A stretch of DNA of 64,000 bases from Candidatus Latescibacterota bacterium (GTDB lineage: Bacteria; Latescibacterota; UBA2968; UBA8231): positions 1,216,001 to 1,280,000 of the forward strand of contig OZ242214.1 of the NCBI GenBank assembly GCA_965206595.1, given 5' to 3'. Under the pieces are notes generated by a model, which worked only from the letters and a program-made list of their open reading frames with translations, did not search any database and was not told the origin of the DNA. This document shows, one piece after another, positions 1 to 10,216 of this stretch. Each line of letters begins with the position of its first letter. The stretch's first letter is position 1. The position numbers and the translations under genes are program-made.

Positions 1-1
1 C

Positions 2-535
2 CCGCGCGACATCGACGGGCGGCCGCTGGAGGACGCATCCGTCCTTTTCGGTCTTATCAACAAGGCTGAGTACGGTCTGCCGCTGGGCAGACTCAGCGTG
101 ACGCCCAGACTCAAGAGTGAGCTCCTGCTCCAGGACGCGTTTGCCCGAGCAGACGAGCCCCGCGAGCACTGGATGGGGCTGGCGGCGCTCGTGTTCCAGT
201 TTCCCGTGCTGCGGCGGTCACAGTTCACGGCCGGGCTCGAGCTGGCGCAGTTTCACGATCTCGTCCTCGACGAAGAGGACGTCATCAGGCGGGCCGAGCT
301 GGGGGAAGCGGTCGAGGTCGGCGAGACCCGGGACTTCCGCTCCGCCACCTTTGCCATCCAGTTGTCGAACCGATCCCAGTACCAGGGATTTCACCTCACC
401 ACGCAGCTCGGCTTCCGGGTCGGCCGCACCTCGAACGAGTTGATCGAGCGGATTGAGCCGGGCCGGTTCGAGCGAGACAGCGAAGGCTTCACGGAGACGG
501 TGAGCTTCATCACCCTTTACGCCGGGACCGAGTGA
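2..535 (+). CDS. Partial CDS (5' end outside window), possible outer-membrane beta-barrel C-terminus
   Basis: Frame is open from position 2 to the TGA ending at 535. Alternating beta-strand-like pattern, ending FITLYAGTE. Confidence 0.6.
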   Translation, partial: PRDIDGRPLEDASVLFGLINKAEYGLPLGRLSVTPRLKSELLLQDAFARADEPREHWMGLAALVFQFPVLRRSQFTAGLELAQFHDLVLDEEDVIRRAELGEAVEVGETRDFRSATFAIQLSNRSQYQGFHLTTQLGFRVGRTSNELIERIEPGRFERDSEGFTETVSFITLYAGTE

Positions 536-617
536 CTTTTTTGGGGGAATGGGGGGAATGGGATGGTGTGTACATGTTGGTATATTAAGTGAGGCCCCTT
601 ACAGGGGGGTTCCCGCG

Positions 618-2672
618 ATGATGAGAATTCCCAACCTCGCCTGTCTGCTGTGCGCCTTCGGCGTGCTGTCCCTCGGTGTACCTCGACCGTCCTCCGCCCT
701 CGACATCTACCGCATAGGTGGCGCGAATCTCGATGCCCCCGAGCAGTGCGGCGATGTGAACGTGACCTGCCATTTCCTGGAATGGGACGATGTCGTCGAT
801 GCCGAGAAATTCGGCAGCGCTCACCTCGTGGCGCCGACGCCGGACTTCCTGCAGCCCGAACAGCTCGACCCGAGTGTCAACCTCACTCCCCTCATCCGGG
901 AGCGGGGAGGATCCATCAGGGTCATGGACCACATCGGCCACTGGTCTGAAGCTCCGGACCTCGATCTCATGTTCGACGGCGACTACGAGACGGCCTACAC
1001 GGGACTCGGGATCTGGTTCCAGCTGTTTTGCGGGAACTGGGATGCCGTGCAGGCCGATTTGAGCGGGCTCCCCGTTACGAGCCCAGAGCGTTCGGACAGG
1101 TGCAGGGCGATCTGGATCCAATTCGGGGAAGAGACGCCGTCTCCCCTGCCGATCAACCGGATCGTCATGCAGCCGTCGCAGACTTTTTTCAACGAGCGCT
1201 TCATCCCCGCCCTCCGCCTGGGCACGAACGATGGTGGGTTCGGCACGGCCGGCGCGCACGACGGGCACGTGGAATGGCGCGGCGGAGCTCGCCTCTATTT
1301 CGACGTGCGCTACGACATCAGGGAGAACACGACGCCCCTTCTCGACCTGAAGCTACCGGACGAACCGGTCGCCGGAATCCTCTTCCAGGCCGTGAACAAC
1401 CTGCCGTGGGAGATCGCCGAGTTGGAGATCTACGCAGACGGGTTCGCCTCGCAGGCGAACTACACTACCCAGCTCATCCCCCTGGGCTGCGACGGCGCCG
1501 ACCTGCTGGACTGCACGCCGGACCACCTGTCGAGCCTGGGTGAGCTGACCTGGGGCGGCGAGATCCCGGAGGGCGCACGGCTGGACCTGTCCATGCGCAG
1601 CGGCGGAGACGACGACCCCAACATTTACTGGCGCAAGACGTTTCGAGGAGACGAGCGCACTGCGCTGGACGCCGCCGGGCGACCGCTGACGCGCAGGGCC
1701 TACGAAAGGCTGGAAGGGGGGGAGAAGGCCGGCACCAGTCCCGATCAACAGAACTGGGAGTTCTGGACGCCGCCGCTCGATTTTGAGACTCGTCGCGCCG
1801 ATCTGGTGGGTGACAGACCGCACGCGTTCGTGCAGTTGCAGGCCGACTTCAGCTCTTCGAAGGCGCAGGCAGGGGCGCGGCTCGACTTTCTGCAGTTCGC
1901 CGTGTCGACGCCGCCGGCGGCCTCACAGGTGGTGGCCGAGATCGAGCCGCAGCAGGTGCCGCTCGCCGAACTGACCCGATTCACCTACAAGCTGCGGCCG
2001 GACATCGGCGAGCGGGATCTGGGGTTCGATACCATCGAGATCGAGACGCCGGTGGCGCCGGCGAGCGTCGATGAGGTTCGTATCGGGCTCGATACGTTGC
2101 GCGCCGGCGAGTTCGGCGTCGATTCCCACGACGGCGAACGGTTTGCGGTGCAGATTCCGCGCATCGGTCCGGTTCAGAGTGGCGATCTGATCGAGGTGGT
2201 ATTCCAGTCCGAGGTGTTCAAGGTGGGTACCGTCTTTTCCGCCCGCGTCTTCGCCAGCGATCGGCCGCACGAGGTGCATCAGCGGGTGACGGCCGGAGAC
2301 GCCGATCCGCTCGCGGACAGCAACTCCCTGACGGTACATCCGGCGCAGATCGGGAAAGCTGTGATCCGTGCGTTCCGGGTCTCTCCGTTCACGCCCAACG
2401 GGGATGGCATCAACGACGTGCTTCAAGTCGAGTACGATCTGGTCAACGTGGCCGGGCAAGTGCCGGCCGCGCTGGGAGTGTTCGATCTGTCGGGCTCGCG
2501 GATCGCCAGCGTTCTCCTTCCCGCCGCCGGCAGTGGTCGCTTTCCGGCCGCCTGGGACGGCACCGACGACGGCAACGATCTGGTGCCGCCCGGTCTGTAC
2601 CTGCTTCGGCTCGAGGTAGAAACCGATCGCGGTTCGGAGACGGCCCTCGCTGCGGTGCCGGTGGTCTACTAG
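618..2672 (+). CDS. Large secreted protein with C-terminal FlgD-Ig / CHU_C-like domain
   Basis: Signal peptide after the ATG at 618 (ORF track starts at 549). C-terminal FTPNGDGINDVL...WDGTDDGNDLVPPGLYLLRLEV motif. Confidence 0.8.
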   Translation: MMRIPNLACLLCAFGVLSLGVPRPSSALDIYRIGGANLDAPEQCGDVNVTCHFLEWDDVVDAEKFGSAHLVAPTPDFLQPEQLDPSVNLTPLIRERGGSIRVMDHIGHWSEAPDLDLMFDGDYETAYTGLGIWFQLFCGNWDAVQADLSGLPVTSPERSDRCRAIWIQFGEETPSPLPINRIVMQPSQTFFNERFIPALRLGTNDGGFGTAGAHDGHVEWRGGARLYFDVRYDIRENTTPLLDLKLPDEPVAGILFQAVNNLPWEIAELEIYADGFASQANYTTQLIPLGCDGADLLDCTPDHLSSLGELTWGGEIPEGARLDLSMRSGGDDDPNIYWRKTFRGDERTALDAAGRPLTRRAYERLEGGEKAGTSPDQQNWEFWTPPLDFETRRADLVGDRPHAFVQLQADFSSSKAQAGARLDFLQFAVSTPPAASQVVAEIEPQQVPLAELTRFTYKLRPDIGERDLGFDTIEIETPVAPASVDEVRIGLDTLRAGEFGVDSHDGERFAVQIPRIGPVQSGDLIEVVFQSEVFKVGTVFSARVFASDRPHEVHQRVTAGDADPLADSNSLTVHPAQIGKAVIRAFRVSPFTPNGDGINDVLQVEYDLVNVAGQVPAALGVFDLSGSRIASVLLPAAGSGRFPAAWDGTDDGNDLVPPGLYLLRLEVETDRGSETALAAVPVVY

Positions 2673-2677
2673 GAGCG

Positions 2678-5407
2678 ATGGCAATGGTGAGACGATTCGC
2701 CGTGAGTGGTTCCCTTCTGCTGGCGTTGACGGTCGGCGCCCACGGCCAGGACGGACACGACATCCGCGCCAATCAGGTCGTCATCTCCGATGAGGAGCAC
2801 TGGCAGCAATGGCGCTTCCCCGAGGGCACGGTGGACGTGCTCCCGGCAGGCGCAGTGGGGCCTCATTTCTGGAGCAAGGGGACGAGCGTCGCCACAGAGC
2901 ACGATATTGTGCAGAACCTTCGCAGGAATCCGCCCGAGTACCTCTCCAGGAAGGCGCCGGAGGAGTTCGAGCTCCTCGACGCCATCGATGCGGGGTCGAA
3001 TCACCGCGCAACGGCGAATCTCTTCGACGGCGACCCGAGCACCTACTGGGAGCCCTCCTTTCCCGATGACGAGACCATCGATCCGGCATCTCAGGCGTGG
3101 TTTACCGTCGATCTGGGCAAGATCGTCATGGCCGAGAAGATCGTGCTCAAGTTCGTGGACGAGGATCTGGGTGACCCCTTCCTTCTATTCGATGTTTTGA
3201 CGTCGGACGGACAGACGCCCACAGCAGCGCAAGGCGCCGAGAGCCTGGAGTTCGCGCGCGTGCACACGACCCTCGAGCCGAACAAGAGCCAGCGCCAGTT
3301 CGAGATCGATATGTCCCAGTTCAGACGCGTCGACACGGTGGAGAGATGGTGGGCCTTCGAGACCTTTGCAGAGCAACAGGGCTGGCACCCCTCGTTTGCT
3401 GAGGTGACACAGGATCCGGAAGTGCGCAAACGCCTGGTTCGCCACGTGCAGGTCGTCGTTTACGGAAGCGCCTTCAGGCGGGGCCGCCAGGTGAGCGAGG
3501 CGATCTACGATTCGGTGCGGGTGAATGCGCCCCGGGATACGGGGATGGTAGAGTACGTGAAGAAGCTCCTACCGAGTGGAGAGCGGGCGGTCTCGAAGGA
3601 CGTGTGGGAGGAGTTGCCGTCTCACCGGCAGGGACCGGTTCGATACTGGCTCCGCGAACGTCCCAGGCTGGCGGAGCTGGAGGTCTGGTCCAAGGGGGAC
3701 GACATCTTCGAGGGCTTCGCGAGAAGATGCCAGGAGCCGCCGTGCCTGACGTGGACGCTTCCCAATGTGCTCAAACCGCCGGCCACGCTCATCGACGGCG
3801 ATCTGTCGAGTCATCAGAACCTCTCCCTTTATATCGGCCAGACCCCTGATTGGTACAACATGCGTGTCGATCTGGGCTCTCTGTTCTGGGTCGACGGCTA
3901 CCGCCACATGATTCAGTTCCGGGGAACGCCGCACGCCCGCACCCTGCCGGAGTGGGGGCTCGACTTCTCCGACGGCACCCGCGAAGTGGACGGCAGTCTG
4001 AAATGGGACAGGAAGCTCTTCGACGAGACGCCTTTCACGCGATCGCGCATCATCGCCCTCGACGAGGTCGACTTCGAGCCGATCAAGGCCCGTTACATGA
4101 GACTGGAATGGCTCATGCACCCGGAGGGCACGGCGGCTCTCACCGTCAACCTGGCGGAGGTCCAGGTCTTCGGGGAGGGCTACCAACCCGAGGTGACACT
4201 TACTTCTGACCTCATCCGGCTGAGAGGGAACCGCAACCTCTTTGCCATCGAGTGGGATGCCGACACACCCCTTGGCACCGAGGTGGCCCTGCAGACGCGG
4301 ACGGGCGCCAGGCTCGATACGGTGTTCCACTACTTCCGCATCGTCGGCGAAGACACCCTCGAGATCGTCAGGGAGACCGAGGAGGAGGCCAAGAAGGCGT
4401 ACGACAAACTCCGGCTCGGAAAAGGGCCGATCGTGCCCGAGCTGGTCGCCGCCGGTGACTGGGAGCCGTGGAGCGAGCCGTACACCGATCCGGAGGGAAG
4501 CGCCATCACCTCGCCCTCGCCGCGGGAGTACCTGCTCGTCAGGGCGACCCTGCGGTCAGACGATCCCCATACTCGAGCTACGCTCAAGAGCATCCGTCTC
4601 AGCTTCGACAGTCCGGTGGCCCGACGGCTGGTCGGCGAGCTGACACCGGGATTGGTCGAGCTCATGGGAGAGGCCCGACCCTACATTCTCGAGGTAGCGG
4701 TCGACAACCTGACAGCCGGATTCGACGAGCTTCTCGTGAGGCCGCCGGCGGGGATGCAGCTCACCTACGGGACGCTCTACGCCGGCGAGGAGCCGGAGCT
4801 GGCCGAGGCGGCCGATATGAGCGGGCTCGCCCTGTCCGGTGTCGAGACGCTGGCCGAAGGGGACAGTCTCCATCTCAGCTTCCCCGCCATCGAGCGCTCC
4901 GACGACGTGGAGAAGATCAGGCTGGAGTTCACCGGCACTCTGTTCTCGGCCGGCGGGCGCCTGCATGCCAGCCTGCGCCGCAGCGAAAGCGGACAGGGGG
5001 CCTGGCAGCGGGTAGACGAGAAGGTTCCCCGCTCCTCTCTCATGGTACTGGCTACGACGCAGAGTAACGATCTGTTCAAGGACTTGACGATCGATCCGCC
5101 GGTCCTGACGCCGAATGGGGACGGCGTGAATGAAGAATTGACCCTGGCCTTCACCGTCCTGCTGGCTGCTCCCAACACGGCGGTCAAAGCGGAGATCTTT
5201 GATCTGAGCGGGCGGCTTGTGGCTCGCCGCGTCGAGGTGCGCGAGGTGAGCGCAGGGCCTCTCGAGATCACCTGGGATGGACGTGACCAGCAGGGAGCAC
5301 TCGTGCCGCCCGGGGTGTATGCCGTGAGGCTCGGCGTCGATGGTGACACCGGTGATACCGCGCTGACCAGCCTGGAGCTCCTGCGCACCATCGCCGTGGC
5401 CTACTGA
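2678..5407 (+). CDS. Large secreted protein, discoidin-like segment plus C-terminal FlgD-Ig domain (paralogue of upstream gene)
   Basis: RBS aggag, signal peptide, NLFDGDPSTYW...WFTVDLG, and LTPNGDGVNE...WDGRDQQGALVPPGVY. Confidence 0.8.
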   Translation: MAMVRRFAVSGSLLLALTVGAHGQDGHDIRANQVVISDEEHWQQWRFPEGTVDVLPAGAVGPHFWSKGTSVATEHDIVQNLRRNPPEYLSRKAPEEFELLDAIDAGSNHRATANLFDGDPSTYWEPSFPDDETIDPASQAWFTVDLGKIVMAEKIVLKFVDEDLGDPFLLFDVLTSDGQTPTAAQGAESLEFARVHTTLEPNKSQRQFEIDMSQFRRVDTVERWWAFETFAEQQGWHPSFAEVTQDPEVRKRLVRHVQVVVYGSAFRRGRQVSEAIYDSVRVNAPRDTGMVEYVKKLLPSGERAVSKDVWEELPSHRQGPVRYWLRERPRLAELEVWSKGDDIFEGFARRCQEPPCLTWTLPNVLKPPATLIDGDLSSHQNLSLYIGQTPDWYNMRVDLGSLFWVDGYRHMIQFRGTPHARTLPEWGLDFSDGTREVDGSLKWDRKLFDETPFTRSRIIALDEVDFEPIKARYMRLEWLMHPEGTAALTVNLAEVQVFGEGYQPEVTLTSDLIRLRGNRNLFAIEWDADTPLGTEVALQTRTGARLDTVFHYFRIVGEDTLEIVRETEEEAKKAYDKLRLGKGPIVPELVAAGDWEPWSEPYTDPEGSAITSPSPREYLLVRATLRSDDPHTRATLKSIRLSFDSPVARRLVGELTPGLVELMGEARPYILEVAVDNLTAGFDELLVRPPAGMQLTYGTLYAGEEPELAEAADMSGLALSGVETLAEGDSLHLSFPAIERSDDVEKIRLEFTGTLFSAGGRLHASLRRSESGQGAWQRVDEKVPRSSLMVLATTQSNDLFKDLTIDPPVLTPNGDGVNEELTLAFTVLLAAPNTAVKAEIFDLSGRLVARRVEVREVSAGPLEITWDGRDQQGALVPPGVYAVRLGVDGDTGDTALTSLELLRTIAVAY

Positions 5408-5597
5408 ACCCGAAAAAGCCGCCACACATGCCCTCGGCGCTCGTCACCCCCGACGGGCGCGGTATGCCCATGCGACGATTGCTCACATCGAGCGCCATCC
5501 CGCTCGGGCGAAGCCGTCGCAGCCTGTCCGACGAAATGCGCAAATCGCCGTCGGGATGTGTCGGCGCTGGCTGCTGCCTTCTCGGCGGAGCACAATC

Positions 5598-6676
5598 ATG
5601 GACAACCCCCGTGGGAACTGGAGCGGAGGAGCCGGGGACGGCAAGACCGCACTCGAGCATGATATTCGCTGCGGCGGCGCCCTACTCAATCAGGAGAGCG
5701 GAGACTGGCCGGCCTACTTTGCGGTCAGCTCCCCCAGCGCCTACAACGCCGCCCGCCCTCACCTGGCCCGAGAGCCCGCAGGGGTCGAATACGCTCGGTT
5801 GTTGGACTGGACCCACCTTCAAAAAATCGCTGACGAGGTACCAGACAAAGTTGGGCTCATCGTCGGGATCGGAGGGGGGATAGCCCTCGACGCGTCCAAG
5901 TACGTCGCGCTGAAGAAGGGGATGCCGCTGGTGCTGGTCCCGATGATCGTCTCGACCGGCGCTATCATCCACAGCATTTTCGCCAAGTGGGACGGCCACA
6001 AGACCATCGGCCCCAGCAGCACGTGGCCCTGGATCGACTTTGACCATGTCGTAATCGACTGCGATCTCGTGCTGCAGGCCCCCTACTATCTGAACACCGC
6101 GGGGCTCGGCGACGTGCTCTGCGGATACGCCGGATTCTGTGAATGGCGGCGGAGCACCAGGCTCGGCATCGGTGAGCCCTTTGATGAGTCTGCCATCGCC
6201 GTTACTTCTGAGTATTCCACCATATCGCCACGGAGTTCCCCGCGACCCTGAACTCGGACGGAGACCTGACGGCGGACAGCATTCGCCTGAATGTGAAAGC
6301 CGTCCAGGACCGGGACGGGAAAAGCCTCCGGCACCCGGCAGCTCCAGCCTCCGATCATGCCCTTTGGCTTGGCGCAGAGGAAGTCAACGGCAGGAGCTGG
6401 ATCCACGGCGAGTTTGTCGCTTTTGCAGCGGTCGTCGTCGCATGGCACTGCGAAGACGACACCGAAACGATCACAGGTTGGCTCGACGTGTGCAAGGTGC
6501 GCTGGCGCCCCGGTGAGATCGGGGTCAGCAGGGATGAGCTGCGCAAGTCTCTCGAATTTGCTCCCAACTACATGTCCGACGCCACCCGCGAAAACGACAT
6601 GCCCTCGAGCTTGTGGACCGAGCCGATCACCGGCGCTCGGTTCGATGCGCTGTGGGAGTTCCTCGAGAAGGCATAG
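5598..6676 (+). pseudogene. Glycerol-1-phosphate dehydrogenase / iron-containing ADH-like gene, frameshifted (copy 1)
   Basis: VGIGGGIALDASK, LVP.IVSTGA, AGLGD and IHGEFVA motifs are split over two frames. One base is missing near 6215 relative to copy 2. Confidence 0.75.
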
Positions 6677-6748
6677 AGCCATTGCCGCCCGCCCTTGTTC
6701 CTTGACTCAAACAGCCGAAAGTCGGTTGCTATTCCGGTCTCCATCCAC

Positions 6749-9306
6749 AAACCGTGCGACTGGCGCCATCCTGGAGAATTGAATGGAGAGAATCACCGCC
6801 ACGGTACCCGTCACCACCCCGCCCTCATGGGCCGTGCAACAGCGGCTCCTGCTGCACACCCTGGAGCGATCTGCCCATCCTTTCTGGGACCGGTACGTGC
6901 GCGACGACGGCGAGCTATACTGGGACGAGAGTTTCGGCGGCGTCAGCCCCGACGATTATGGTTTCGGCGGCAGCAGCCCCGACGATTTCTACGAGGCGTT
7001 CTTCAGCTGGCCCCTCGTCTACCTGATGGGGGGTGGCGACCATCTGCTGGAAATGGCGCATCGCGGCTGGGAAGGGGTCACGCGACTGCTCACCCGGTGC
7101 GGTACCGTGCACAAGGAGTACGCCCGGTGCGAAGACCAGTTCCACCAGTCGGAGAGCGACATCTTCTTCTACCACCTGTGCATGGCCGATCCGGCCAATG
7201 CCAGCCTCGCCATACGGGCGCGACGCTTCGCCGGATTCTACCTGAACGAGGATCCCGAAGCGATCAACTACGATCGCGAGCACCGGATCATCCTGTCGCC
7301 GTTCAACGGCTCGGGTGGCGCTCGCCAGACACCGACTGACGCGCAGCCGCACCCGTTTCGCGCGCGCGAGAACTACGGTCTGCCCACGTACGAACTACCC
7401 GACATCCAGAGCTGGAAGGACACGCAGGACGACGAAAAGGCGAGGCGTGTGGGCGAAGTCATGCACGGACGCTGGTACAGAGGGGACGTGGCCGCCAACC
7501 TCGCGATCTCGAGTCTGGTCACGAACGCCTTCCTGCTCACCGGCGAGGAGAAGTATCGCGACTGGGTTGTCGAGTACACCGACGCATGGATCGAGCGGGC
7601 GCGGGCCAACGACGGGTTGATCCCGGACAACGTCGGTCACTCCGGGGAGGTGGGGGAATACATCGACGGCAAGTGGCACGGCGGATTCTACGGCTGGACG
7701 CTCTATCACGGCTGGTACAACCTGCAGATGACGGTGACCGTCGCAGCCGCCAACGCCTATCTGCTGACGCGGGACAACCGCTACCTGGAATTTCCGCGGC
7801 GTCAGATGGACCGGATACTCGAGCTGGGGCAGATTCGCGATGTCCGGCGCGAGCACATGAGTCTGAGGCACCACTGGATCGGCCAGTTCACGGCCATGGG
7901 CGATCGGACGGAGACCTTGCTGGTGCCGTACCGTTACGGCGACGCCGGTTGGTTCGACTGGCAGCCCCCTTCACCCGTCTTCCTCGCAGCGCTTTGGAAC
8001 CTGTCGATGGCTGACGAGGATTGGCAGCGCATCGAGCGCGTGCGCGAAGCCGAGGCCTACGACTGGAATGCCGTAATCTCCTACCGTACCAAGGAGGATT
8101 CCGGTCACGAGCAACCCTGGCTGCGTTTCCTGGCCGGCGCCAACCCGGACTATCCCGAATGCATCCTGCAGGCCAGCTACCAGCAGGTGGCCTGGCGCCT
8201 TGCCCTCGTTCGGGCCGAGACCGAAGTCGGCACCCATCACGACGTCCACCGCTGGCAAGACACGGACCCGGTTTCGTCCGAGGCCCTCATCCAGCTGACC
8301 CTCGGCGCCCCGCAGCCGATCTACAACGGCGGCCTCCTCCACTGCCGGGTGCGCTACTTCGACCGTGGGGCAAGACGCCCGGGACTTCCCGAGGATGTCG
8401 CCGCCCTGGTCGAGAAGTTGGAGGCCGACCGCACCGTAGTCCGCCTCGTCAATCTCAACCCGCAATGGGACCGCGAGCTGATCGTGCAGGCCGGTGGCTA
8501 CGGAGAGCACCGGTTCACGGACGCGGAGTACGACGCGTTGACGAGTCCCTATCCGGGCCCCCCCAACCGCTATGCGCCCGACCCCACCACGGCGGAGAGG
8601 CGCCGGGTTTCGGTGAACGGCAAGCACCTGCAGGTGGCGCTGCCGGCCGGGACAGAGATGATCCTTGAGCTGGGTACGCAGCGCTACGTGAACGAACCTG
8701 CCAGCGCCGGCCCTTTCTGACTCGCACCCGCTACTTCCTCTTCTCAACCAGCTCGATCTCGTAGTTGTCGGGGTCGGTGACGAAGGCCATCCGTCGCTCG
8801 TCCTTGAACTTCTCTCGCCAGCCGTCGGGCCAGATCTCCAGACCCTCTTTCTCAGCTCATTTTCTTCAAGGTCGTCGTTCCAGAACCAGAAGGGGATGAT
8901 GCCGAACTCGCGCGGCGGATCGAGGAAGGTTTTAAAGGCTTCGTCGAGACTCATGGAACCCATTCAACGCAGAGGACGCGGAGAGCGCAGAGGGTAGGCA
9001 GGGGGTGCGCCCACCTGGACTTGGCGGTTCGAGTAGTGGGGTGGTTGCGTCATTCGGACGTGGCCCAGCGTTGGCGGAGGGCGTCGCCCCACTCGATCAC
9101 TCTGTCACGAGGACTGCCGTCACGAAGCGGTTGCCGAACCAGTCTGCTTTCGTGTTCGAGAAGTTTCGCTCGACACGATGCAACGGCGTCCGCAAACTCG
9201 GGTTCCGAGGCGATGTTCTTCGTCTCCCACGGGTCGTTGTCGAGATCGAACAGCTGCTCCAGGCCGAGGGCGTCGGGGTCCGGTCCTGGAGGGATGAAGT
9301 CCTCGG
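6749..9306. repeat. Segmental duplication of about 24104-27603 with an internal deletion of about 940 bp
   Basis: Matches 24104-26208, then jumps (tctttc-tc-agctc, about 8852) to about 27150-27603. Carries VOC, GH106 and sulfatase fragments. Confidence 0.9.
6783..8720 (+). CDS. Conserved hypothetical protein, 645 aa, possible (alpha/alpha) barrel enzyme (copy 1)
   Basis: Long ORF with RBS ggag, rich in aromatic and acidic residues. Near-identical copy at 24138-26075. Confidence 0.75.
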   Translation: MERITATVPVTTPPSWAVQQRLLLHTLERSAHPFWDRYVRDDGELYWDESFGGVSPDDYGFGGSSPDDFYEAFFSWPLVYLMGGGDHLLEMAHRGWEGVTRLLTRCGTVHKEYARCEDQFHQSESDIFFYHLCMADPANASLAIRARRFAGFYLNEDPEAINYDREHRIILSPFNGSGGARQTPTDAQPHPFRARENYGLPTYELPDIQSWKDTQDDEKARRVGEVMHGRWYRGDVAANLAISSLVTNAFLLTGEEKYRDWVVEYTDAWIERARANDGLIPDNVGHSGEVGEYIDGKWHGGFYGWTLYHGWYNLQMTVTVAAANAYLLTRDNRYLEFPRRQMDRILELGQIRDVRREHMSLRHHWIGQFTAMGDRTETLLVPYRYGDAGWFDWQPPSPVFLAALWNLSMADEDWQRIERVREAEAYDWNAVISYRTKEDSGHEQPWLRFLAGANPDYPECILQASYQQVAWRLALVRAETEVGTHHDVHRWQDTDPVSSEALIQLTLGAPQPIYNGGLLHCRVRYFDRGARRPGLPEDVAALVEKLEADRTVVRLVNLNPQWDRELIVQAGGYGEHRFTDAEYDALTSPYPGPPNRYAPDPTTAERRRVSVNGKHLQVALPAGTEMILELGTQRYVNEPASAGPF

Positions 9307-10216
9307 CTGGCCTCCTTCAACAGCCGGGTCAGGCGCCGGATGTCGACACGGGCCAGCTCATCGGCCGTGAGGTATTCAACCAGGACGGCGCGGCTCGCGG
9401 CGCCGAAGAGATCGGCGAAGTGCTGTCGGTATTCGGGAAAGGCCAGGTCGAGGAGACTGATGAGATGACCTTTTTCGGCCTTGGCGGTCTGGGCGCACTG
9501 GAAGCGCAGCCGCGTGAGGTCCCGCAACTGGCGTACCCTGGCGATCGGGAATGGCGCAGACCTTCAGGTGCGTCTCGCGCAACAGATGGGCGATCAACAG
9601 CGCATCGGCACTGTCGGTCTTGGTGCCACGGATGGTGATGTTCCGCCGCGCCGTCACGACCAAGGGGTTGATTACTTCGACCGGATAGCCAGCCTGGACC
9701 AGCGTTTCGGAGAGGACCATTCAGTAATGTCCGGTCGCCTCCATGCCGACGCGGATGTCGGCGGGGGGTTGTCCCGTTTCGGTGAGCCGTTGACGCAGCA
9801 GTTCAACCCCGTCGCGAGAATGCGGCACGGCGAGATTCCGGAAGACGGTCTGGCCGTCCTCATCCAACAGCGTGGCGCGATGGCTTCGTTTCGCCACGTC
9901 GATACCGAGAGTCCACATTGGCGAGCTCCTTGGTCGAGAGACCGAAGCTGCCCACGATCAGGGTGACGCCAGCTGGCACATCCTCGTAGCCAGATCAGGG
10001 AACCGATGTCCCATCAAGCGGTAAGTGCATGTGCTGGCGAGATGGCGGTCTATCCGAGAGGACCGAGCCTCGAGGAAGCGGAAAGCCAACCCCAGCAGCT
10101 TCGCTGATCCAGCGATCGCATCGCTGGCATCGGAAAAGCAAGCACTGAGAGTACGCTGCTGTTCACCGTCTCGCCGGTCACAAACCACCTGAAGTGGTCT
10201 GCACCTATTATACGAG
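9307..10216 (-). mobile_element. IS110-family element, copy A (left end intact, transposase truncated and pseudogenised)
   Basis: MWTLGIDVAK...GMEATGHY(*)...VINP...KTDSADA DEDD RuvC-like motifs from 9918. TGA at 9721, frameshift near 9540. The roughly 295-nt 5' non-coding end is shared with copy B. Confidence 0.9.
9919..10200 (-). ncRNA. Putative IS110 bridge RNA (copy A)
   Basis: Lies downstream of TATAAT (10207-10212, minus strand). Guide-like segments at 10073-10081, 10050-10055, 10015-10024 and 9983-9988, separated by hairpins. Confidence 0.7.

Noticed and set aside
8340-8630. Diversity-generating retroelement (TR/VR pair) explaining the divergent C-termini of the duplicated gene
   Set aside because: The differences are not adenine-specific (g/t, c/t, a/g, t/a), and there is no reverse transcriptase in the window.
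8966-8995. Short repeats acgcagaggacgcggagagcgcagagg (also at 27263), tcagagt x2 (29529), ctcagttcctcc x2 (14460) and a G-rich run at 543-567
   Set aside because: Low-complexity intergenic motifs, or part of the larger duplication. No further structure is supportable.
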